The notes: generated by a model from the sequence alone, not told the origin. A DNA stretch of 64,000 nt from an uncultured delta proteobacterium (GCA_963752595.1 CAVVYZ010000001.1:320001-384000); one strand, 5' to 3'. Positions 10,591 through 19,720 are shown, numbered from the stretch's first letter. Numbers and translations are program-made.

Positions 10591-10716
10591 TGTGAGGCGG
10601 GGTCAATTATGTTGTGACTTTCGGACAAGCAGGACGGCCGGGCTCGCTTTTCAAGCTGTGAAGGGGTTTTCCCCGAGGGTGGCCCAAAATAACAATGAAA
10701 ATGTCCTTATTACATA
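10591..10716. promoter_or_regulatory. Two divergent tandem direct-repeat pairs (TGNCC-N7-ACA, 22-bp period); putative AraC-family operators
   Basis: Minus strand: TGTCCGAAAGTCACA (10627-10613) and TGACCCCGCCTCACA (10605-10591). Plus strand: TGGCCCAAAATAACA (10680-10694) and TGTCCTTATTACATA (10702-10716). Confidence 0.55.
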
Positions 10717-10909
10717 ATACCGGGAGCTCGATTATGATATAAAAGAAGAAATGTAGAATGTGATATCATTGGTTGATATTTCCAAAAATGGATCAGGCAT
10801 TTAAGGAGTAATAGAGGGCCCTTTTCATGAGAAGCAGGGCAGGAGAGGAGAAGAATGTGATATCCTTCGGCAATAAGCGGCCACTCTCAAGCTGCCCGGG
10901 TATTCTCGG

Positions 10910-11980
10910 ATGAACGGGGTATCTATGGTAAAACAGCCGTCATATCAGAATACGATTCATGTCAGGACCGGGAACACTCTACCCCTCTTTCGCTCTATCT
11001 ACACGGTAACCATCCTGGCCGATTATGCCAAGGCACAGGGGATCAACATAGAGAGATTGCTTGCCGGCAGCGGGATACGGGTCCAGGATCTGTATGACGA
11101 TAAAATATTCATTACCCCCAATCAGGAATTCAAGGTCTTCAGAAAAGCCATTGAAATGATCCCTGAGCCGAGGCTCGGGTTACAGATAGGCAGGCATTAT
11201 AACGTCAGCGCGAACGGCAAGGTGGCAATCCCTGCAATGTTCTGCGACACCTTTCTGGATGCGATACGGATGATGTACCGTTACATCGAGCTCACCTTGT
11301 CGCTCTTCCAGTATGAGCTAAGCGTAAAAGACGATCTTGCATGCATGACCATGAAAGACCTCACTGACTTCGGTGATCTCCGCCGCTTCATCTATGAAAG
11401 AGAGCTGGTGTCGGTCTATCTGATGAGCAACGGCATACTCGGGGTCCCCCTGGTCTTGAAAGAAATGAGATTGACCTATCCCCGGCCGGAGCATGCTTCT
11501 ACGTATCAGGAGATCTTTCATTGTCCGGTATCGTTCGGCGCGGATGAGAATCAGATCTTCTTTGACCGCAGTTACCTGTCCATGCCTCTGCCCATGGCGA
11601 ATGCACTTGCACGCCAGGCGTATGAGAAAGAATGCAAAAAGATGCACACCCGCCTGAAAGAGCAGGGCACCACCCTGGATAAGATCCGGCAGGAGCTGCA
11701 ATTCCCGGATGAAGGGTTTCCTTCTTTCGAGCAGCTTGCCCGCCGCATGAACTTTTCTCCCAGGACGCTCAGGCGGCACCTCATTGCAGAGGGTACATCA
11801 TACAAGAATCTGTTGAACGAGATCCGGAAAGAGAAGGCTATCGAGCTCCTGAATACCACGAAATTCCCCATAGAAAGGATTGCCGTCGAACTCGGCTACA
11901 GCGATGTGCCCAACTTCTACCATGCATTCAAGAGCTGGACCGGAACTACACCCATGAACTACCGGAAAATGAAACAGTAA
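10910..11980 (+). CDS. AraC-family transcriptional regulator (OruR/SphR-like N-terminal domain)
   Basis: C-terminal double HTH LARRMNFSPRTLRRHL...IAVELGYSDVPNFYHAFKSWTGTTP; FHCPVSFG motif. Start may be 10925. Confidence 0.92.
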   Translation: MNGVSMVKQPSYQNTIHVRTGNTLPLFRSIYTVTILADYAKAQGINIERLLAGSGIRVQDLYDDKIFITPNQEFKVFRKAIEMIPEPRLGLQIGRHYNVSANGKVAIPAMFCDTFLDAIRMMYRYIELTLSLFQYELSVKDDLACMTMKDLTDFGDLRRFIYERELVSVYLMSNGILGVPLVLKEMRLTYPRPEHASTYQEIFHCPVSFGADENQIFFDRSYLSMPLPMANALARQAYEKECKKMHTRLKEQGTTLDKIRQELQFPDEGFPSFEQLARRMNFSPRTLRRHLIAEGTSYKNLLNEIRKEKAIELLNTTKFPIERIAVELGYSDVPNFYHAFKSWTGTTPMNYRKMKQ

Positions 11981-12152
11981 CGTGAACTCCGTCGGTCATT
12001 GTCCGGATGGCCCTTCGTCCAGCGCTCATGAACATCCATATCTTTTTCTGACGGAAATCGGCGTAAATCGTATAGTTTAAACAAGGGAATGGAGGTAAGT
12101 AGAATTGGGAACGGGTCCCGGATCGCCAACCGTTTCTCGTCCGGAAGGAAGC

Positions 12153-12488
12153 ATGATTAAAAATTGTGGACGTATCGGGTTCGGTGTTTTTCTGTTTGCC
12201 TCTGCTGCATTCGCTCAGAATGCAGCAGATATGAAGGGACCCCTGCACACGGGAGTTGAAGTTATGGCTGCTGCCGGCCCATTAAGCGGCAGCAGCATCA
12301 GTCCTGCACCGTCCACCGGCGCAGGATTCGCCAAGCTTTCGGGGCTGAAAAAACTTGAATACCTCGGGCTTCAGTATGTCCCGATCAGCGACGCAAGCAT
12401 GCCCGTCATTGGGAGGAACACGAACCTGAAGAATCAGACCCTGTCTTTCACGAGGGTGTCCGATGCAGGCCTGCCGCTTGATCCGTAA
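12153..12488 (+). pseudogene. Truncated exported leucine-rich-repeat protein remnant
   Basis: Signal peptide (...LFASAAFAQ) followed by only about two LRR units (LSGLKKLEYLGLQYVPISDASM; NLKNQTLSFTRVSDAGL), then stop. Confidence 0.45.
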
Positions 12489-12737
12489 TCCGGGAACGGA
12501 CAGGCTGTACCGTGATTGCTGTTCAGCGGGGCGGCACGACTATGACCAAGCCCAATCCGGACATCGTCATGAGAAGGGATGGCGAGTCGTTCGTCATCGG
12601 GACCTATGATGCTGAACACGTATTCCTGCATAAATTCAACACCTGACAACACCCAGGGAATTCATGTATAGTGACCGTTAAATTCCGAGAAAACAGCCTG
12701 CGATATATACACACGGCCGGTATGGAGGAGAAGAGGT

Positions 12738-14111
12738 ATGAAAAGCATCATCACGAAAATCAATGCGCTTGCGCGGTATCACAACGAGGTGTCGCCGGAA
12801 CTGGTGAAGGCAAAGGACATCAAGCTCGGCCTGAGGAATTCCGACGGGTCGGGCGTTGTGGTGGGAATCACCTCGAAAGGCACCGTCATCGGGTATGAGA
12901 GGGTTCCCCGGAAAGACGGGCAGGGATTCGAGTTCAGGCCGGTCCCGGGCAGGCTCATTTACTGCGGGTATGATGCCATTGAGCTCGCCAGAAGCATCCA
13001 TGCCGAAAACCGGTTCGGGTTTGAAGAGGTGGCATACCTTCTCCTGACAGGCGAGCTTCCCTGCCCCGAAGACCTGGAGACTTTCACCGACATCCTCGCC
13101 AGGAAGAGGGCGTTGACAAAGCTCGAACGCGGCATCCTCATGCAGGAGGCCCAGAACGAGAACCAGATGTTCGCCCTGCATGCGGTCATCTCGCACTTGA
13201 GCAGGTGCGACCCCAACCCGGTGTCCACCGAGATCGAAGACGTGATCGAAAACTGCATCGCTCTCACCGCGAAGTTTCCCACCATCGTGGCCTATAATTA
13301 CAATGTCACCCGCTATCGCAACGGGGAAGACCTGTTCATGGTCAGGCCCGATCCGAAACTGTCCATGGCCGAGAACTTCCTGTACATGCTCAAGGGCAGG
13401 AAGCCCTTGCGGGAAGAGGCACTCCTCTTCGACCTCTCGCTCATGCTCCATGCAGAGCACGGCGGCGGAAACAACTCCACCTTTGCCGTGCGCACCGTGT
13501 CTTCCAGCGGCGCAAATACCTACATGGCCATCTGTGCCGGCATCGCGTCCTTAAGCGGCCACCTCCACGGCGGGGCTAACGAGGCCGTCATGATGATGTT
13601 GCAATCCATAAAGAAGAACGTGAAAAACTGGGAGAGCCCCAAACAGGTGAGGTCCTACCTGGCGAAGATCCTCGACAAAAAGGCCTACGACCGCGCCGGT
13701 AAGATCTACGGCATGGGGCACGCGGTATATACGCTCTCGGACCCGAGGTGCGGCATCCTGAAGGGCAAGGCGCTCGAGCTTGCAGTGAAGAAGGAGCAGA
13801 TCCAGGAGCTTCAGCTCATGGACCTCGTGGCCGAGATCGCGGCCGAGCTCATCATGGAGAGAAAAGGCCAGATCGTCTCCCCCAACGTGGATTACTACTC
13901 CGGCTTCGTCTACAAGATCCTCGGCATCCCCCTCGACCTCTTCACCCCGATCTTTGCCATGGCCAGGGTTGCGGGGTGGTCTGCCCACAGGATCGAGCAG
14001 ATCATCCAGGCAAAGCTCATCCGGCCGGCCTATATCACCTCTCTGCCGCAGGAGTTCTCATATGTCCCTCTGGACGTACGGCAGCCGGAGACCGAAGAAA
14101 AATCAGCTTGA
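12738..14111 (+). CDS. gltA: Citrate synthase
   Basis: HAEHGGGNNSTF, LHGGANE, GMGHAVY, DPR, PNVDYYSG. Confidence 0.93.
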   Translation: MKSIITKINALARYHNEVSPELVKAKDIKLGLRNSDGSGVVVGITSKGTVIGYERVPRKDGQGFEFRPVPGRLIYCGYDAIELARSIHAENRFGFEEVAYLLLTGELPCPEDLETFTDILARKRALTKLERGILMQEAQNENQMFALHAVISHLSRCDPNPVSTEIEDVIENCIALTAKFPTIVAYNYNVTRYRNGEDLFMVRPDPKLSMAENFLYMLKGRKPLREEALLFDLSLMLHAEHGGGNNSTFAVRTVSSSGANTYMAICAGIASLSGHLHGGANEAVMMMLQSIKKNVKNWESPKQVRSYLAKILDKKAYDRAGKIYGMGHAVYTLSDPRCGILKGKALELAVKKEQIQELQLMDLVAEIAAELIMERKGQIVSPNVDYYSGFVYKILGIPLDLFTPIFAMARVAGWSAHRIEQIIQAKLIRPAYITSLPQEFSYVPLDVRQPETEEKSA

Positions 14112-14142
14112 GGGCAGGGCCCGGATACACGGTTTTTTGCGG

Positions 14143-14171
14143 TTGACACAAGCCCGCAGGCTTTCTATAGT
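14143..14171 (+). promoter_or_regulatory. sigma70-type promoter for the helicase gene
   Basis: TTGACA (14143-48), 17-bp spacer, TATAGT (14166-71). Confidence 0.7.
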
Positions 14172-14257
14172 CATGCATAACGAAACGGGAGGGCTCAGGA
14201 GTAAGAGGGTTGAGGGGCTCTCCCTTGTTTTTCATCCGTAGAAGGACAGCACGCCCT

Positions 14258-16627
14258 ATGGCCCACCTTACTTTATCCGAATGGATCAAACGCGCGGAGA
14301 ACAACCCGCGGTTCCAGGAGAACGTCAGGGCATGGAAGCACATCGAAGCCGGGGAGGCAGTATATTCGCCGTATCCCGGATGGGTGGACGAGCGGATCCG
14401 AACGGTCCTGAGGGCGCGGGGCGTGGGAAGCCTCTACAGCCACCAGGCTAAGGCAGTTGATCTCATCCGGAAGGGTAGGGACGTTGTGCTTGTCACGCCT
14501 ACCGCAAGCGGCAAGACCCTGTGTTACAACCTACCCGTGCTCCAGAAGATTCTCGAAGACGGCGAGAACCGGGCTCTCTACATGTTTCCCACCAAGGCCC
14601 TCGCCCAGGACCAGATGCACGAGGTGCACAGCCTCATCACCGACATGAAGGCCGACATCAGGACCTTCACCTATGACGGCGACACGCCGGACGACGCCCG
14701 GCAGGCCATCCGCAAGCAGGGGCACGTGGTCATCACCAATCCTGACATGCTCCATGCCGGCATCCTGCCGCACCATACCAAGTGGCAGAAGCTCTTCTCC
14801 AACCTTGCCTATGTCGTGATCGACGAGCTGCACGTCTACCGGGGCGTGTTCGGCAGCCACCTGACGAACGTGCTCAGGCGCCTGAAGCGGATCTGCAGCT
14901 TTTACGGCGCGAACCCGGTGTTCATCTGCTGCTCGGCCACGGTTGCAAACCCCAAAGAGCACGCAGAAAAACTCCTGGAAAGGGAGATGATGCTCATCGA
15001 CAAGAGCGGGGCGCCCACGGCTGCCAAGACCTTCATCCTCTACAACCCGCCCATCGTGAACCGGGAGCTGGGCATCCGCCAGTCCGCGCTCACGCCGGTG
15101 AGGACCATCGCGGGCGAGCTCATAAAAAACCACATCCAGACCATCGTGTTCACGACGAGCAGGCTCAATGTCGAGGTGATCACCAAGTACCTCAAGGACA
15201 TGTTCAAGGGCGGCAAGCCCGTGGACGACCGTTTCGTCACCGGCTACCGGGGCGGCTACCTGCCGAAGCTCCGCCGCGACATCGAGCGGGGATTAAGGGA
15301 ACGCGAGGTCATGGGCGTGGTGAGCACGAATGCGCTGGAGCTGGGCATCGATATCGGCGCACTGGAAGCCTGCATCATGGCAGGCTACCCCGGCTCCATC
15401 GCGAGCACCTGGCAGCAGGCGGGCCGCGCCGGAAGGCGCAACGGCCACAGTCTGGCCGTGCTCATCGCCCGGAGCACGCCCATGGACCAGTTCATCGTGG
15501 AGAACACCGACTACTTCTTTTCCCGCTCGCCCGAGCACTGTCGGGTCAACCCGGACAATCTCCTCATCCTTCTGCACCACATCAAGAGCGCGGCCTTCGA
15601 GCTGCCCTTCGAGAAGGGCGAGCACTTCGGCGCCGAAGACCTGGAAGAGATCCTCGGGTATCTTGAAGAAAAGGGCGTGCTCCACCGCGTGGAAGACCGC
15701 TGGCACTGGGCTGCGGAGAGCTACCCCGCCGACGAGGTGAGCCTGCGCACGGTCAACCCCGAGAACGTGGTGGTGGTGGATACCACTGATGCATCCTCCC
15801 ACCGCATCATCGCGGAGGTGGACTGGGACGGCGCGTTCACTACGGTCCACGACGGCGCGATCTACATGGTGGAGTCGCAGCAGTACCACGTGGACAAGCT
15901 CGATCTCGAGCGCAACAAGGCCTATGTGCACAAGGTGGATTCCGACTACTACACCGATGCCATGACCTACACCAACGTGCGCGTCCTCGATGAGTTCGGC
16001 GTGAAGAAGTCGGGCGGTATCATGGCGGAGCACGGCGAGGTCCAGGTGGTGCGCAAGATCGTCGGATACAAGAAGATCAAGTTCTACACCTCCGAGAACG
16101 TGGGCTACGGCGACGTGAACCTGCCCGAGCGGCAGATGCACACCACAAGCTACTGGTTTACCATCCCCTGGGACAAGCTCCTGACACTTAACTTCCGGAG
16201 GGAGGAGATCATCGACGGCCTCCTCGGCCTCTCCTACAGCCTGCACCACCTGGCCGCCATCCTGCTCATGGCCGATATCCGCGACCTCGACCGCTGCATC
16301 GGCGACAAGAGCGGCCAGTGGTACGTCCGCCACGGCAAGGACAGGCGCATCATCACCACGGCCCCGGGCGAGGTCGCCGACAGCGATACGGTCATGATAG
16401 ATGCCTATGATCCAACGGTGTTCATCTTCGATGCGTATCCGGGCGGGATAGGCTTCTCCGAGCTGCTCTTCGACCAGCACGCCACGCTCCTCAACCTGGC
16501 TGGAAACCTCATCCGCTCCTGCCCCTGCGAGCATGGATGCCCCATGTGCGTAGGCCCCGTCCTCGACGTAGGCCCTGCCGCCAAGGATGCGGCCATGGCG
16601 ATCCTCGACCTCATCCGTCAGGGTTAG
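14258..16627 (+). CDS. mrfA: DEAH-box helicase with DUF1998 (MrfA/YprA/Hrq1/SftH family)
   Basis: TPTASGKT, DELH, SAT, NALELGIDIG, QQAGRAGR, DAYPGGIG and C-terminal CPCEHGCPMC. Confidence 0.9.
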   Translation: MAHLTLSEWIKRAENNPRFQENVRAWKHIEAGEAVYSPYPGWVDERIRTVLRARGVGSLYSHQAKAVDLIRKGRDVVLVTPTASGKTLCYNLPVLQKILEDGENRALYMFPTKALAQDQMHEVHSLITDMKADIRTFTYDGDTPDDARQAIRKQGHVVITNPDMLHAGILPHHTKWQKLFSNLAYVVIDELHVYRGVFGSHLTNVLRRLKRICSFYGANPVFICCSATVANPKEHAEKLLEREMMLIDKSGAPTAAKTFILYNPPIVNRELGIRQSALTPVRTIAGELIKNHIQTIVFTTSRLNVEVITKYLKDMFKGGKPVDDRFVTGYRGGYLPKLRRDIERGLREREVMGVVSTNALELGIDIGALEACIMAGYPGSIASTWQQAGRAGRRNGHSLAVLIARSTPMDQFIVENTDYFFSRSPEHCRVNPDNLLILLHHIKSAAFELPFEKGEHFGAEDLEEILGYLEEKGVLHRVEDRWHWAAESYPADEVSLRTVNPENVVVVDTTDASSHRIIAEVDWDGAFTTVHDGAIYMVESQQYHVDKLDLERNKAYVHKVDSDYYTDAMTYTNVRVLDEFGVKKSGGIMAEHGEVQVVRKIVGYKKIKFYTSENVGYGDVNLPERQMHTTSYWFTIPWDKLLTLNFRREEIIDGLLGLSYSLHHLAAILLMADIRDLDRCIGDKSGQWYVRHGKDRRIITTAPGEVADSDTVMIDAYDPTVFIFDAYPGGIGFSELLFDQHATLLNLAGNLIRSCPCEHGCPMCVGPVLDVGPAAKDAAMAILDLIRQG

Positions 16628-16634
16628 GCCTGCT

Positions 16635-17687
16635 TTACATGAAGTTGGACAGCTTGAACATGGTCAGGAAGGGCAGCGTGGGGAGCATCTCCCTGTGGGC
16701 GCCGAAGGTCTTGATCTCGGTGCCGCCGAAGCGCGATTTGGTGAAGTACAGGCCCTGGAAGTTGAATATCCGGTTGCCGTACCTGAAAAGGAGGCGGTTT
16801 ATTTTCTTCTGGAGGAACGACTCACAGGGCATGTCGCGGTCGTCCACCTTCAGGGGGCAGAGGCCGATGTTCAGGTTCTTCACGCCTTCCTGCTTGAACA
16901 CCTCCATGGCGTGGGCCATGAGCGGGTAGAAGATGCCCGGTTTGAATCTGGTGCTGAAGCGGGAGATGTTGGGCACGTAGCCGGTAATCCGGTTGTCCTC
17001 ATAGATGGGGTCGAAATAGATGAACCCGATGAGCTCACCGTTTAGATGCGCGGAGAACTTCCTCGTCTCCTCCTGGTACTCCATGTCCATGGGACGGATG
17101 AGGAAGCCGATCTCGCGGTTCCTGACCTTGCGGGTCTTCAGCCACTCACGCGTCAGGCGCCTGCACTCTTCGTGCGTGCACTTCTCGCTGATAATGACGC
17201 CTTCCTTTATGGCATGGTTCACCGATGTCCTCAGGATCTGCTTTTTCTTACCCTTGAGGTCCCAGTTTTCGAGATCCAGCATGATCTCGATGCCGAACTG
17301 GGTGGCATAGAGGCCGAATCTTTTATGGATCAGCTCGGCCACATCCTGGGAGAGCTGGACAAAGGTCGTATGTTTGTGATCCTTGAGGAGATCCCTGAGC
17401 AGGAACTCCCGGTCTTTAACCGCGCACACCGGGTCGGCGATGGTGAGCCTTTTGCCCCACTTTTCCCGGAAGGCGATGAAGCCGATGTCCGGGACGTCGA
17501 AGTAGTGCATATCGGGCTGGAGCGTCGAGAACGACATGCAGTGGCTGCCGTACTTGCGCAGGAACGCGAGCCTCTCTTCCAGGGAAAAGAGATCGACCCC
17601 TCCCCTCATCCTGGAGCGGAAAGGGTCGATGGAAACAACGTTATCCGGTGTTTCGGCGAGCGGTTTCAGATATGCTACCGTACCCAT
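16635..17687 (-). CDS. Stand-alone DUF2156 (MprF/LPG synthase C-terminal-like) tRNA-dependent aminoacyltransferase domain protein
   Basis: ADPVC, LENWDLKGKKKQILRTSVN, FKQEG...LNIGLCPL, FNFQGLYFTKSRF resemble MprF synthase-domain motifs (GDPVG...FNFQGLRxFKxKF). No TM/flippase domain. Confidence 0.75.
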   Translation of the reverse strand: MGTVAYLKPLAETPDNVVSIDPFRSRMRGGVDLFSLEERLAFLRKYGSHCMSFSTLQPDMHYFDVPDIGFIAFREKWGKRLTIADPVCAVKDREFLLRDLLKDHKHTTFVQLSQDVAELIHKRFGLYATQFGIEIMLDLENWDLKGKKKQILRTSVNHAIKEGVIISEKCTHEECRRLTREWLKTRKVRNREIGFLIRPMDMEYQEETRKFSAHLNGELIGFIYFDPIYEDNRITGYVPNISRFSTRFKPGIFYPLMAHAMEVFKQEGVKNLNIGLCPLKVDDRDMPCESFLQKKINRLLFRYGNRIFNFQGLYFTKSRFGGTEIKTFGAHREMLPTLPFLTMFKLSNFM

Positions 17688-17713
17688 ATATGCGCACTCC
17701 TTTTTTCAAAGAC

Positions 17714-19321
17714 TCAACGGTTCTTTCCCAGGCGCTCGTGGCTCGTGACCCAGTCGAGCGACGCGATTGCGCCGGCCAACGAGATCTCTCCTGCCGTTGC
17801 CGCAGCGGTCACGATCTCTGCGAACTTCAAGGCCTTGCCCTGACCATAGCACCCCAGCGACTCAAGGCACTCCCGCTGGGTGGGAAGCCCGGTGCCTCCT
17901 CCGTAGGTCGCAACGATCAGCGCGGGGAGCGTCAATGACCCATAGAAGTCGCCCTCGGGGGTGACCTCGGTGCAGACCATGCCGGAAGACGACTCGGACA
18001 CGTTGGCCACGTCCTGGCCCGTTGCCATGAAGATGGCTGCCAGGGCATTTGCCGCATGGAGTCCGTTGCTCACGGCACCTCCCATGAAGGCGCCGAGCTG
18101 GCATGCCCTGCAGAGGTAGTCGAGCGTCACGGGGTCCACCCTCATATGCTGGATCATGACCTCCCGCGGGATGCGGATCTCGCCGATGACCCGCTTGCCC
18201 CGGGTAGTGAGGTTGTTGATGAAGGAAGCCTTTTTGTCGGTGGAAATGTTGCCGTCCATGTAGAAGTGCCGGACCGTGTCCATCTGGGAGAGGATCCAGT
18301 TGCAGGCCGTGTAGGTGCACATGCTCACCATGTTCTGGCCCGCGGCATCGCCGGTGAAGTAGTTGAAGCGCAGGTATACGAGCCTGCTCGCCATGTAGCG
18401 GTCGATGCTGAGCAGCTTCGCCACCTTTGAGGCGGATTCGGCGCGCTGCCTGATCTCGTTCATGTGCGCATCGATCCAGAGCATGAAGTCCCGGCCTTCC
18501 CGGGCCGAGTCAAAGGCAAAGGCAGGGGAACGCTGCATGCGGTCCTCGATCACGGTGACCTTGACGCCCCCGCACATGTTGATGAGCTTCATTCCCCGGT
18601 TGTAGGATGCTACCAGGGTCCCTTCGCTCGTGCACATGGGGATGAGGAACTCGCCTTTCGCGTGCTCGCCGTTGACCAGGAGCGGGCCGGCAAAACCCAG
18701 CGGGATCTGTGCCACGCCGGTGAAGTTCTCGATATTGCCCTTGGTGACGACAGGGTCGAAGGAGTACTGCTTCACGTGGTTGAGAAGCGAGCCGGTGTAT
18801 TCCTCCACAAAATCCTGCCGCTGACGGACGATGTCCATGTTGTAGTTATCCAGCTTGTCGTACGGCATCTTCTTCCGGCTTGCCCTCGTCTCGATGACCG
18901 AATCTTTGGCCTCCAGGGCAAGCGATCCGTACAGGTCGGTGTCCAAGGAGATGCTGATGCTGTGCTCTACGCTTTTTGTCAGAGAGACCGAGCCCACATG
19001 GAATTCGACGTCCTCGCCCATGGGGAAGAGAAGGGGCCGTTCCGGGCCGATCTCGTCAGCCTTCAGGCACACCCCGCCGCTTCGCATGAGAATGTTTGAC
19101 AAAGGGATTTCGAGGCCGTTGATGGATATGCCCGGAAGCCCGATGATGAGGGCGTCCTTCATGGGGTTCTTCATGGCAAAGGACACGCCGTCTTCGAGAT
19201 TCTTCAGACTCCCGATGGAATAGATCTTCTTCATGATGAGCGGGGTTATGACGATATGGCTCCCGGCATCGGTTGCCTTGCGGACCAGCACGAGCCCTGG
19301 CTCTTTCGGAACATTTCCCAT
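17714..19321 (-). CDS. Class I HMG-CoA reductase-like protein with an extra N-terminal domain of about 150 aa
   Basis: ENFTG, PMCTSEGTLVASYNRG, TGDAAGQNM, DKK, ATGQDVAN, GGGTGLPTQ, GEISL and C-terminal catalytic His (HERLG). Start at 19321 or 19369. Confidence 0.88.
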   Translation of the reverse strand: MGNVPKEPGLVLVRKATDAGSHIVITPLIMKKIYSIGSLKNLEDGVSFAMKNPMKDALIIGLPGISINGLEIPLSNILMRSGGVCLKADEIGPERPLLFPMGEDVEFHVGSVSLTKSVEHSISISLDTDLYGSLALEAKDSVIETRASRKKMPYDKLDNYNMDIVRQRQDFVEEYTGSLLNHVKQYSFDPVVTKGNIENFTGVAQIPLGFAGPLLVNGEHAKGEFLIPMCTSEGTLVASYNRGMKLINMCGGVKVTVIEDRMQRSPAFAFDSAREGRDFMLWIDAHMNEIRQRAESASKVAKLLSIDRYMASRLVYLRFNYFTGDAAGQNMVSMCTYTACNWILSQMDTVRHFYMDGNISTDKKASFINNLTTRGKRVIGEIRIPREVMIQHMRVDPVTLDYLCRACQLGAFMGGAVSNGLHAANALAAIFMATGQDVANVSESSSGMVCTEVTPEGDFYGSLTLPALIVATYGGGTGLPTQRECLESLGCYGQGKALKFAEIVTAAATAGEISLAGAIASLDWVTSHERLGKNR

Positions 19322-19409
19322 AGGAACATCCTTTCTTTGGAAACTTATAGGATAATTACAGCCGGACATACCGTTTCAATTGAGGGTAAGCAGGCCGAAG
19401 AAAATATTT

Positions 19410-19425
19410 AACAAGAATCATGCCA
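19410..19425 (-). promoter_or_regulatory. sigma54-like -24/-12 element upstream of the HMGR-DUF2156 operon
   Basis: TGGCATGATTCTTGTT (GG-N10-GT, against consensus GG-N10-GC). Confidence 0.4.
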
Positions 19426-19720
19426 GGGATGGGGGGCCGGTAATGGGCCGATTACCTCATGTAAATACAGTACCTAACGATAACTAGTGTGATAAGACGA
19501 ACGTGCTATGATATGTTCATGAGCATTTATTTTCCCTTTTTGGGAACTATATTTCTTTTTGTGTAGCGATAGGGCAGTAATTGATTGCCAATACAGGCAC
19601 TTAGGGGAGCATAAACCATACGCCATCCTTTAGGCGAGCTTCGGTGCTGTCCAGCCTTCACCCCGCAGATGGGGGGGCAGCGCCATGGACATCGCCGTAT
19701 AAAACCCGGTCTTTCATCTC

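Noticed and set aside
7126-10680. CCCCGAGGG motif recurring in intergenic DNA near 7130, 10557 and 10671
   Set aside because: Short, GC-rich and only three copies; chance cannot be excluded.
15293-16534. Long antisense ORFs (this one; also 26772-28394, 25300-26493, 44226-45506, 4200-5330)
   Set aside because: Shadow ORFs opposite well-supported GC3-rich genes, with no protein motifs of their own.
14258-16627. DUF1998 helicase as part of a DISARM/Druantia/Dpd defence system
   Set aside because: No methylase, PLD or other defence partner nearby. The single-gene architecture and the MrfB-like gene point to DNA repair.
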